NCBI GenBank assembly: GCA_964547465.1
Contig: CAZJNI010000003.1
Span: forward strand, 21,334-85,333
DNA length: 64,000 nt
Direction: 5' to 3'
From: an uncultured Gammaproteobacteria bacterium
GTDB taxonomy: Bacteria; Patescibacteriota; Microgenomatia; Daviesbacterales; UBA10151
Each line of letters begins with the position of its first letter. Within the stretch, counting starts at the first letter, position 1. The notes under the pieces were generated by a model. That model was not told the origin of the DNA and searched no databases. It saw only the letters and a program-made list of their open reading frames with translations. This document shows, piece by piece, positions 50,716 through 58,784 of this stretch. The position numbers and the translations under genes were made by a program.

Positions 50716-51276
50716 GTGGCACGAAGCGGAAAAAATAGGATCACAATAAATCTTTTACCACCTGAGTTTATGGTGGAAGAGATTAAAAAAGCCAAGTTTT
50801 ACAAAATCCAAACAATTGGTGTGGGGATTATTTTGATAATGATATTTTTGTCTTCGTTAACCGTTGCTTTAAGGATCTTACAAAGTTATAACATATCCCA
50901 AATTCAGGGTAAGTTAAGCAAAATTGAAGATAGAGTTTCCGGCTTAAAAAATAGACAAGCGTCTTTGGTTCTACTAAAAGACAGGTTAACCTCTATTAAT
51001 AAATATTGGGGACAACCATCTAAACAAAGTAATATGTATTCTCTTTTAGATAAAATTATTCCAACTCAAGCAGTCATAACTGCATTATCAGTTGAAAAAA
51101 CAGGTGATGCAACAATTTCCCTGGTTGTATCTAATTCAGATATTTTGGATAATTTAATCTCCGGTTTACTCTTGCAAGATACTGATCAAAGTAAGATAAA
51201 TAAAATTTCAATTGAAAACCTCAATAGGGGTAGAGATGGTACCTACAGACTTTCTCTTAAAATAAAGATAAATTAG
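50716..51276 (+). CDS. pilN: PilN-like inner-membrane pilus assembly protein (GTG start)
   Basis: Conserved INLLP motif near the N-terminus, single TM, and coiled-coil periplasmic part. Confidence 0.6.
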   Translation: MARSGKNRITINLLPPEFMVEEIKKAKFYKIQTIGVGIILIMIFLSSLTVALRILQSYNISQIQGKLSKIEDRVSGLKNRQASLVLLKDRLTSINKYWGQPSKQSNMYSLLDKIIPTQAVITALSVEKTGDATISLVVSNSDILDNLISGLLLQDTDQSKINKISIENLNRGRDGTYRLSLKIKIN

Positions 51277-51277
51277 T

Positions 51278-51979
51278 ATGAAAAAAGAGACGATCCTGAA
51301 ATTTTATTCAGATTATAAAATTTTTATATTTCCAATTGCCGTTACCATATCAAGCTTGATTTTGATAGCTTTTGTAATTTTACCTCAAGCAATAAAGTTA
51401 ATCAGTAATCAAGAAACAGGAGATATTCTTTTACAAAGGACAAAGTTTTTGGAGGTAAAAGCACAGGCTTTGGAGGGCTATGATGAAGAGGACTTATCAA
51501 AAAAAGTTAACTTTGCATTAAATGTTTACCCGCCGGATAAGGATTTTGGTAGCGTTATTGGACTCATTCAAGCAATCACCGCTCAAGCAGGTTTTAATAT
51601 AGTTTCCCTTTCACTCGGCGGGGGTCCTACCCAAACAGGAGCTCAAAACTTTAATATTGCGCTAGAGATATCAGGGCCCAAAACTCTGCTGCCTTCTCTA
51701 TTATCCGCATTGGAAAATGCTCCCAGGTTAATGAGAGTAGGAAATATTACCATATCACCTGCAGCAGGTTCTGCCGGTGTACAGGCGAGTTTGGGTCTTG
51801 AGATTTTGTATCAAGCTGCGCCACAAAACTTTGGCAGCATTGATTCTCCCTTGCCAGAGTTATCAGAAGTCGATCAAGAACTGCTTGTAAAATTGGCGGG
51901 AGTACAACCTTCGCAACAGGTTGTTGGCGACGCTCCTGTTTCTACTTCTCCCAGAGGGAAAGATAATCCATTTGAATAA
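51278..51979 (+). CDS. pilO: PilO-like pilus assembly protein
   Basis: Single N-terminal TM and ~230-aa periplasmic domain. Position directly after pilM and pilN. Confidence 0.45.
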   Translation: MKKETILKFYSDYKIFIFPIAVTISSLILIAFVILPQAIKLISNQETGDILLQRTKFLEVKAQALEGYDEEDLSKKVNFALNVYPPDKDFGSVIGLIQAITAQAGFNIVSLSLGGGPTQTGAQNFNIALEISGPKTLLPSLLSALENAPRLMRVGNITISPAAGSAGVQASLGLEILYQAAPQNFGSIDSPLPELSEVDQELLVKLAGVQPSQQVVGDAPVSTSPRGKDNPFE

Positions 51980-51980
51980 G

Positions 51981-52010
51981 CATAGCTTGCCGCTTCGCGG
52001 TGAAGCTATT
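51981..52010. terminator. candidate bidirectional intrinsic terminator between convergent pilO and trmD
   Basis: Imperfect GC-containing hairpin tagcttgccgc-ttcg-cggtgaagcta followed by ttttaaaa. Confidence 0.35.
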
Positions 52011-52740
52011 TTAAAAGATCGGGTCTTATTTTTTTGGTTTTTTCCACAGACTTTTTTTTATGCCACGCGGCAATTTTTCCATGATCTCCGGAAAGCAGAA
52101 TTTTGGGTACCTTAACTCCTTCAAATTCTTCAGGCCTGGTATATTGTGGATATTCTAAAAGTTGGTAGTTGGTAGTTGGTAGTTGGTAGTTAGAAAATGA
52201 TTCATTCTGGGTGGCTTCTTCCTTTTTTAAAACACCCGGTATTAGTCTAACAATGGAATCTGCTATCACCATAGCAGGAATTTCTCCACCTGTTAAGACA
52301 TAATCCCCAACTGAAATTTCTTCATCCACATACTTATCTATAAACCTTTGGTCAACCCCCTCATAATGACCACAGACTATGATGAGATGATCAAGTTTAG
52401 AAAATTCTTGTGCCTTTTTTTGTTTATATGGAGTTCCGGAGGCGGACATCAGGATAATTTTAAATTTTAAATTTCTAATTTTAAATTTGGTTTTTTTCGA
52501 AGAGGCTGTAGGATTTATGATTGAAGTTAATGAGCGAGTCAATACATCAGGTTTCAGCACCATCCCTGCTCCACCCCCGTATGGTCGTCCGTCTACTATT
52601 TGATGTTTTCCTTCGCCAAAGTCCCGCAAATTAATAAGTTCAAATTCAACTAATTTTTTTTGCCGGGCTCTTTTTAGAATACTGGTATTTAAGATCGGGT
52701 CAAAAACTTCAGGGAAAAGAGTGATAATTGAGATCTTCAT
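52006..52740 (-). CDS. trmD: tRNA (guanine37-N1)-methyltransferase TrmD with two heptamer-repeat-encoded insertions
   Basis: MKISIITLFPEVF, RPYGGGAGMVL, VCGHYEGVDQR, GDYVLTGGEIPAM. Extra segments SKKTKFKIRNLKFK and NYQLPTTNYQLLEY relative to the E. coli TrmD consensus. Confidence 0.85.
   Translation of the reverse strand: MKISIITLFPEVFDPILNTSILKRARQKKLVEFELINLRDFGEGKHQIVDGRPYGGGAGMVLKPDVLTRSLTSIINPTASSKKTKFKIRNLKFKIILMSASGTPYKQKKAQEFSKLDHLIIVCGHYEGVDQRFIDKYVDEEISVGDYVLTGGEIPAMVIADSIVRLIPGVLKKEEATQNESFSNYQLPTTNYQLLEYPQYTRPEEFEGVKVPKILLSGDHGKIAAWHKKKSVEKTKKIRPDLLK
52161..52193. repeat. (GTTGGTA)x4.5 heptanucleotide tandem repeat inside trmD coding sequence
   Basis: gttggtagttggtagttggtagttggtagttag read directly. 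Encodes (minus strand) NYQLPTTNYQL. Confidence 0.85.
52456..52490. repeat. (A/T)AATTT(T/C) heptamer x5 tandem repeat inside trmD coding sequence
   Basis: taattttaaattttaaatttctaattttaaatttg read directly. Encodes (minus strand) KFKIRNLKFKI. Same unit family as the arrays at 1050, 10362 and 47064. Confidence 0.8.
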
Positions 52741-52994
52741 TTCTCACCAGCTGGTTCTGTCAATTGTAAGTTTACCCTTAAATTTTCTGCCATGGCCCGG
52801 ACAATAAGGAGTTTTCTGATAGATTTTATGGTCTGACCGCCTTTTCCAATAATTAACCCCATATCAGATGGATCTACACTTAAGTTTAAATTAACAGTGC
52901 CTTCCTGATTTTCTTCCTCAATACTTATTGCTTGCGGTTTGGTGACAATATTACTGACAATAAATTCAAGCAGATCCTTCATCTTTTTTCTCAC
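52737..52994 (-). CDS. KH-domain RNA-binding protein (YlqC/UPF0109-like)
   Basis: GLIIGKGGQTIKSIRKLL KH GXXG loop. Conserved position between rpsP and trmD. Confidence 0.7.
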   Translation of the reverse strand: MRKKMKDLLEFIVSNIVTKPQAISIEEENQEGTVNLNLSVDPSDMGLIIGKGGQTIKSIRKLLIVRAMAENLRVNLQLTEPAGEK

Positions 52995-53520
52995 TTTCTA
53001 CTACCTTGTCATTGCGAGGAGCCGAAGGCTCCGTGGCAATCTTATCTGGGTTTTCTTCTGGGCTAGATTGCTTCGCTTCGCTCGCAATGACAGTATTATC
53101 AACTTTTACTTCCTCTACATTTGCTTCTGCTGGTCGTTCAGTAGCTGGGGTTTCTTCTTTTTCAGCCAAAGGCTGACCAGTCTCTGGCTGGGGTTTCTCT
53201 TCTGTTTTTAATTCTTCTGATGGCTGAGGACTGACGACTGAAGACTCTTCTTTCTTTTTCTCCTTCTTAGGCTTTCTAGGTGGTCTTGGCGGAGCTTCTT
53301 TTAACATACGCAGCAACCCGTCAGATTTTTGAGCACCCTTTTTAAGCCAAGCCGCCATTTTTTCTTTATCTAACTTGATGTCTTTAGGTTCTGTTAGCGG
53401 ATTATAAGTTCCCAGTAAATCTAAATAAGCCCCGTCCCTTTTATTTCGCTCATCCACCACCACAATCCTATAAAATGGTTTCTGCTTTGCCCCTATTCTC
53501 ATTAGTCTTATCTTTAGCAT
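52966..53520 (-). CDS. rpsP: 30S ribosomal protein S16 with long low-complexity C-terminal extension
   Basis: MLKIRLMRIGAKQKPFYRIVVVDERNKRDGAYLDLLGTYNPL core (~80 aa), then a ~100-aa K/E/P-rich tail. Confidence 0.85.
   Translation of the reverse strand: MLKIRLMRIGAKQKPFYRIVVVDERNKRDGAYLDLLGTYNPLTEPKDIKLDKEKMAAWLKKGAQKSDGLLRMLKEAPPRPPRKPKKEKKKEESSVVSPQPSEELKTEEKPQPETGQPLAEKEETPATERPAEANVEEVKVDNTVIASEAKQSSPEENPDKIATEPSAPRNDKVVESEKKDEGSA
53018..53092. repeat. palindromic element gtcattgcgag...ctcgcaatgac inside the S16 tail; one arm shared with murD
   Basis: 11-bp inverted arms at 53018-53028 and 53082-53092. Inner palindrome gagccgaaggctc. The segment ttgcttcgcttcgctcgcaatgac matches 29735-29758 (ttgctacgcttcgctcgcaatgac) in murD. 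Confidence 0.6.
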
Positions 53521-53563
53521 GGAGGTAAGTATAGCTTAAGCTTACTTGAGCGTCAATCACTAT

Positions 53564-56116
53564 TTAAGCTTCTAAAGCCAGATTATGGGTTCTCATTTTT
53601 TCCAGCAATTCTTCTTCAAGATTACGTAATCTTAATTTTCCCAGCTCTTTTTCCTTAGACTCCAGTTCACGCTTGAGACTTTCCTGAAAAGTATCTTTCA
53701 TAATTGAATCATATTTTTCAGATGCTTCCTGGCTCTTTTTTAATATCCTTGCTTTATAACAAATAGCATACGCAAAATCTACTCTTCTTCTCCATGCCCT
53801 TAAAAATGAGTTTTTATCAATACCCTCGGTTGAGTTTTCCTCTGGAAGAGGGACTAGAGGGCTATTTATGTAATTGAGCATTCTCTTAAAGTAGTTCAGA
53901 TACCCTTGATAATTTTTTGATTTTATATCTAGTCTTAGGTGGTTTATATTATCAATCTTTGAGTTGATCCAACTTTCCAAAGCTTCTTTGCCCATAACCC
54001 AGTCAGGTAGAACTGCTGTTGCATATCTATCAATAAAATACCTCATTTCTGTAGCGGCTTTGGCAAGCTCATCCAAAGTGATGCCTTTTAGACGGGGTAA
54101 TTTAGAGGCTTCCATTTCTTTAATATATGATTTTACCTCATTTCTTGGCCAACCAGCCTCTTCAGGCAGAGGTTTTTTTACATCAGAGGCTTCCTCATAT
54201 CTTATACCAACATCTTTTTGTTGTTTAAGTAACTGATCTTTTTCCTCCAAAGCTTGTAGTGCAACTTGCAAAAGTTGAACTCGCTGTTTAAGAATTTCCG
54301 GTATGGCTTTTTTAAGATCCAGCTTTCTTTGGGCTGGTATTACCATGCCATTACTGACAATTTCATATACAGCTTTTTGGTAGATATCTTTCCAGAATTT
54401 ATAGAAAGGTTTTAAAGAAGCAGGTAATCCTAAAGCCCTTTGTCTTCTAAAATAAGGGGTCAGGTGATCCCTTAGTTGTTCTGCGCTAAATTCATCTTCG
54501 GAAAAAAGATTTTCATCCATATCAGGTTGTGAGAGAAGCTGCTCTGTCGCCTCCAGTTCTCCGGTTAATTTATTTCTAGCTGTATTTTTATTTTTTCTAA
54601 GAATGCCTGGTGGAAATCTATCCTGTTTTCCCCAGAAAAAGTCTATGGCCAGAAGTTCTTCCATAGCTGAAAGTTGTTTGTTTGTTACACGATTCTTATT
54701 CCTAACTTGCGTTTTTTCTTTGAGCAGCCTTTCCAGAAAAGCACCTCTTGGCATTTTTACAACTTCCGGCCAGTCTTTTCCATATTGCTCATTTAAGCCC
54801 TGCTCGTAGGTAATAACTTCTTTTTGTTTTATTTGCATATCTTTAATTATCTCCCCTAATCTTGCAGACTCTTTTTCAGTCCACCTGGCAGTTGCTTGGG
54901 CCCGGGCCTGGGTGGTATAACGGATGAAATAAGCCTCTTTTGGTAAAGGAAAATCAGGATTTAAAGTATTGGATAAAAGCTGTGTTCTTTCTGCCAGTTC
55001 TACTTCAGCCTGTTTTGTTTTTGCAGCATGAGCTTTCTTAGCTTTTTCAAACCAAATCCAGATATCAATCCCTCTTTTAAGATTTTCCGCTGTATTTGTA
55101 TCGTGTTTTGCCTGGGCTTGTCTTAAAGCCTGGCTTAATAAATCAGATTTTGGAAGTTTAAAACCACCAATAATCATTGGATCATCCCAGAGACTAGGAT
55201 TACCTTCTTTAAGACTTAAAGGATTGGTAATAATTTGTTGTTCCTCTAGGGCTGGATGCATTAATAGTAAGTCTTTGGTGTATCTTCTATAAAAATCCTC
55301 AATTCCTTTAGGGTTATCATCTTGAGGTACAGTAGTAAAAAGCCTGAAAGGTTCCCTGGTTTGGGCATATAAAGCCTCCAAGTATGATCTTTCCTGAGGA
55401 GTATCTGCGTACATTTGTTCCAAAAGCAGCTCTTTTGCTTCCTCACTAAAAAAGGATGGAGCTTTCTTAACAAAATCTTTTAACTCAGTAACGGAAATTA
55501 AAGGTGAGAAATTGCCTCTGAAAATAAAAGATGTGATCATATTGCGGATTATCTTGACTCTTTCTGCAATTTTTGGAAATTTATCTAATGAAGCCTTTCT
55601 GCTAGTTTCTGGTAGTGCACTCAAGCCCAAATTGGCCCAGGGATCTATAAAAGAGAGTCTTGGTGTGCTCACCTCCACTACTTGTTGTAAAGGAGTTAAA
55701 TCAGCAGTTAGAATAAAAACTCTTGGATTTGTATTGGCAGCATTAATTAATGAGACAGGAATGGCCAAAGGGCCAACTAAATCAGAATAAGTATTCTGAT
55801 TGTCTATACTCAAATTAAGATAAGTTTCAGCTTTTCTTCTTAAGCCTTCCCTTATTTCCAAACCTCTCCTGAATAAAGGTTTTAACCTGTCTTTTTCGGT
55901 AATTATTGATTGACCTTTTTCCCCAAGAGCTCTTAATATAGCATCTCCTGCTACTCCACTTACTCTTCGTACAACTTCTCTATCAGTAAGGCTTACTCCA
56001 TACTTACGGATTATATCTGAAAGCTCTTTTTGCTGTCTCGCGTTAAGAACAGAATGTGCAGATTTTTCTAACGAGTCGCCTCCAAGATCAAAAGGGACAA
56101 GAGAACGTTCAATCAT
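53564..56116 (-). CDS. large orphan soluble protein (850 aa), operon member 4
   Basis: Long ORF with no TM, no Walker motifs, and charged/coiled-coil-rich composition. Separated from the upstream gene by 3 nt. Confidence 0.5.
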   Translation of the reverse strand: MIERSLVPFDLGGDSLEKSAHSVLNARQQKELSDIIRKYGVSLTDREVVRRVSGVAGDAILRALGEKGQSIITEKDRLKPLFRRGLEIREGLRRKAETYLNLSIDNQNTYSDLVGPLAIPVSLINAANTNPRVFILTADLTPLQQVVEVSTPRLSFIDPWANLGLSALPETSRKASLDKFPKIAERVKIIRNMITSFIFRGNFSPLISVTELKDFVKKAPSFFSEEAKELLLEQMYADTPQERSYLEALYAQTREPFRLFTTVPQDDNPKGIEDFYRRYTKDLLLMHPALEEQQIITNPLSLKEGNPSLWDDPMIIGGFKLPKSDLLSQALRQAQAKHDTNTAENLKRGIDIWIWFEKAKKAHAAKTKQAEVELAERTQLLSNTLNPDFPLPKEAYFIRYTTQARAQATARWTEKESARLGEIIKDMQIKQKEVITYEQGLNEQYGKDWPEVVKMPRGAFLERLLKEKTQVRNKNRVTNKQLSAMEELLAIDFFWGKQDRFPPGILRKNKNTARNKLTGELEATEQLLSQPDMDENLFSEDEFSAEQLRDHLTPYFRRQRALGLPASLKPFYKFWKDIYQKAVYEIVSNGMVIPAQRKLDLKKAIPEILKQRVQLLQVALQALEEKDQLLKQQKDVGIRYEEASDVKKPLPEEAGWPRNEVKSYIKEMEASKLPRLKGITLDELAKAATEMRYFIDRYATAVLPDWVMGKEALESWINSKIDNINHLRLDIKSKNYQGYLNYFKRMLNYINSPLVPLPEENSTEGIDKNSFLRAWRRRVDFAYAICYKARILKKSQEASEKYDSIMKDTFQESLKRELESKEKELGKLRLRNLEEELLEKMRTHNLALEA

Positions 56117-56119
56117 AAG

Positions 56120-57652
56120 TTATGGCCTCCTGTAGCGTGGTCTTTCATATGGAAAGTCTCCTCTTTTGTAAGAAAGTTTTTCTTCATCTAAATCTTCTTC
56201 CAGTAAATCAGTTTGTAAACTGTGTGCCAGTCTATAAGTACGAGGGTGACTGGCAAATAAATCTATTAACTGTATTCTGAAAGACCTTACCTTGGCGCTT
56301 TTAATCATTTCGCTTAAAATAAGTGGTTCGTAAGGAGGCTCAGTTAAGACATCAATTATACGAGCCAGATCTAGCGTCCCTGCATCAGAGCGTTCGATGG
56401 CTGTTAGTATAAGTTGCTCAAAACTGTCATCCCTGTCATTAAGGTTTGGTTCAAAAGCAGCATTGCGTAGATAGGTGGCAAAGATTTTCTCATTGCACTC
56501 ATCCAGGTCCAGATAACCTAAATCCTCAAGCAGGTTTAGCGAAGATATTTCCAAAACTAAGGCTCTTTCTACTTCCGGCAAATTATTAATTGCTTGGACC
56601 ACTAACTCTTTAGTTACCTCATTAATAGTCCTTTTAGTATTTCTGGAATTACTTCTTACCAGTCTTGCTCCACCGCCACCTAACCAGTCAATTAATTCTC
56701 TGATTTTAGTCCCCCAGCGTAAATGAAGTTCTCCTAATTGTCTTTGAGGGTGTTCTGTAATCATTTGAGATAAAGTATTTCTGATCGCTGTCCGAGCTAC
56801 TTCTAATCTTTTATTCTCCGGAGTATTGACTATTTCCATGGGATTGAATGCCGGTTCTCCCAATTCTTTGACCTGTAAAGCCAGTTGGGCAAAAGCAGTA
56901 GCTTGCTCTTGATATTGCTTTGGGGTTAAAGTTTTATTCCCGAACCAGGAATTCATAGTCTCTTCTGGCACTAAATCAATAATACGGTTAATTAAAGTGA
57001 CTAATTCTTCTTCAGAAACAACAGCTGTTTCCTTTTTTACCTCAACAGCTTGAGCAGATTTTTGTGGAGCAGAGTTTTCAAACCAGTCCTTAAGATTTTC
57101 TTTAAAGCTAATATACCCATCATCTTCATCATCATTTAAAATCTTTATTTTGCCTAAGACTTCTGTACCTTTTTGATCAAGCTTTTTAAGTTTTCCCCTT
57201 TCAGCTAAAATATCTACTGTATGAGTTAAATCCCCCAAAACCCTTTCAGGAGTTGCTTTCAAAAGAAGATTCATAGCTTGTGCTACACTGAAGCCAGGGT
57301 CTTCCATGAATAAGTCCAGTACTTCAGTACTGGTCCGGATATAAGATTCCTGGTTAACCTGGTTTAGTTCTGCTTGAAAGCCGGGGATAGATTCCCGCTT
57401 AAGTCTAATCTGAATAGGAATAATATCTTTGCCTAATTTATTAAAATAAGCTTCTCCTTCCAACCCTTTTAGGTTAAATTTTTCAAGCCACATAGGATTA
57501 GAGTTTGGCCTTTGGATACGCCTGTTTTCTACGAAATCCGGTTTAGCTATTCCCTCCAAAATGTCCTGGGAATCTTCCAGCTTTTGCTTTAAGGTTTTTC
57601 TTCGGACAGTTAATTGTTCTTTTGAATATTGTGAATAATTTTCTCTTTCCAT
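56120..57652 (-). CDS. orphan soluble protein (510 aa), operon member 3
   Basis: Coding-like ORF with no recognised motifs. Confidence 0.5.
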   Translation of the reverse strand: MERENYSQYSKEQLTVRRKTLKQKLEDSQDILEGIAKPDFVENRRIQRPNSNPMWLEKFNLKGLEGEAYFNKLGKDIIPIQIRLKRESIPGFQAELNQVNQESYIRTSTEVLDLFMEDPGFSVAQAMNLLLKATPERVLGDLTHTVDILAERGKLKKLDQKGTEVLGKIKILNDDEDDGYISFKENLKDWFENSAPQKSAQAVEVKKETAVVSEEELVTLINRIIDLVPEETMNSWFGNKTLTPKQYQEQATAFAQLALQVKELGEPAFNPMEIVNTPENKRLEVARTAIRNTLSQMITEHPQRQLGELHLRWGTKIRELIDWLGGGGARLVRSNSRNTKRTINEVTKELVVQAINNLPEVERALVLEISSLNLLEDLGYLDLDECNEKIFATYLRNAAFEPNLNDRDDSFEQLILTAIERSDAGTLDLARIIDVLTEPPYEPLILSEMIKSAKVRSFRIQLIDLFASHPRTYRLAHSLQTDLLEEDLDEEKLSYKRGDFPYERPRYRRP

Positions 57653-57671
57653 GATTATTTATTCCTTAATT

Positions 57672-58763
57672 TTATAATCTTACTTCTTTTAAAGTTTGAC
57701 CAAAAGCCCCAATGGCATTAAAGCTAATTGGTACTTCATCCGTTGCAATCCCACTTATATTCACATTCAAATTAGCGCTCTTGTTTCTGGGTGTAACATA
57801 TAAGAGGAGTAAGTTAGGACTAACTCTTAGTGGCTTTTCCGGCAGATCCGGCCTTATTGCATGAATTAATCTGCCTAAATCTGCAGGATCTATTGGCTGG
57901 TGATTTTTCAGCCTTAAATGAACTGCAAGTTGCTCAGCAGTGAAATACTCCCTTTGCACCTTCATGCGGGACATATCAGAATTATCCGAGCTGATATTTT
58001 TATAATCCACAATTGTGACTATTTCTAATGACTCGCCGGTATCAGAAATTACCAGCCCATCGGGTACACTTATTCCTCTGACTCCATAATTAAAGCCATG
58101 TGGGTCTGCTACACCAAATTTATCAGGGTGAAGGTTTTGGAAAAGCAGGTCGGTTTCTTCCGGAGATAGAATGGTAGTTCTCTCATTGAAATTTCCCTGG
58201 TTGAGGAATAAATATCCCACCTCCTCCAATATTGCTGCTGAAAGATCAGTATTAAAGTTGCGATTTGGGTCATTAACACCATTCCATTTGACTATCGCAT
58301 TAAAAATTCTGCTTCGTCCTTTACTTTCAAGAAATGCCTCCAGTAACTTTTTTGTATCCCTATTTGCCTTTCTTAAAAATTCAGCTATTCTAGGTGCAAA
58401 TCTTACATGGCTGTAATCTTTGATTGGAGGGTAAAGAGGATTTAAGATAAAATTGTCCCTTAACCTTATAATTCTGTCTGCTTCTAACCTGGTGAATTTT
58501 TCATCAATACCGGGTAGAACTGCTCCTATAAGGGTTTGTTGTAATGGAATAATGACTCTGGCAAGGCGATCAAAATGCTCCTCAAGAGTAAGGTCTGTTA
58601 ATCTTAACCCCTGGGCCCATGCCGCGAAATGAGGCTTTTTTTGTATTTGTCCTTCTACCCAGCCGGCAGTAGGCAGGTTTTCAGCCATTTCCTGAAACCA
58701 GGATTTTTGTACTTTTAAGTATTCTTGCTGTTGCTTCACGGATTGTGGGGCCAGTTTTTCCAT
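57672..58763 (-). CDS. orphan soluble protein (363 aa), operon member 2
   Basis: Coding-like ORF with no recognised motifs. Confidence 0.5.
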   Translation of the reverse strand: MEKLAPQSVKQQQEYLKVQKSWFQEMAENLPTAGWVEGQIQKKPHFAAWAQGLRLTDLTLEEHFDRLARVIIPLQQTLIGAVLPGIDEKFTRLEADRIIRLRDNFILNPLYPPIKDYSHVRFAPRIAEFLRKANRDTKKLLEAFLESKGRSRIFNAIVKWNGVNDPNRNFNTDLSAAILEEVGYLFLNQGNFNERTTILSPEETDLLFQNLHPDKFGVADPHGFNYGVRGISVPDGLVISDTGESLEIVTIVDYKNISSDNSDMSRMKVQREYFTAEQLAVHLRLKNHQPIDPADLGRLIHAIRPDLPEKPLRVSPNLLLLYVTPRNKSANLNVNISGIATDEVPISFNAIGAFGQTLKEVRL

Positions 58764-58784
58764 AGGATTAATTTAGTTAATAAT

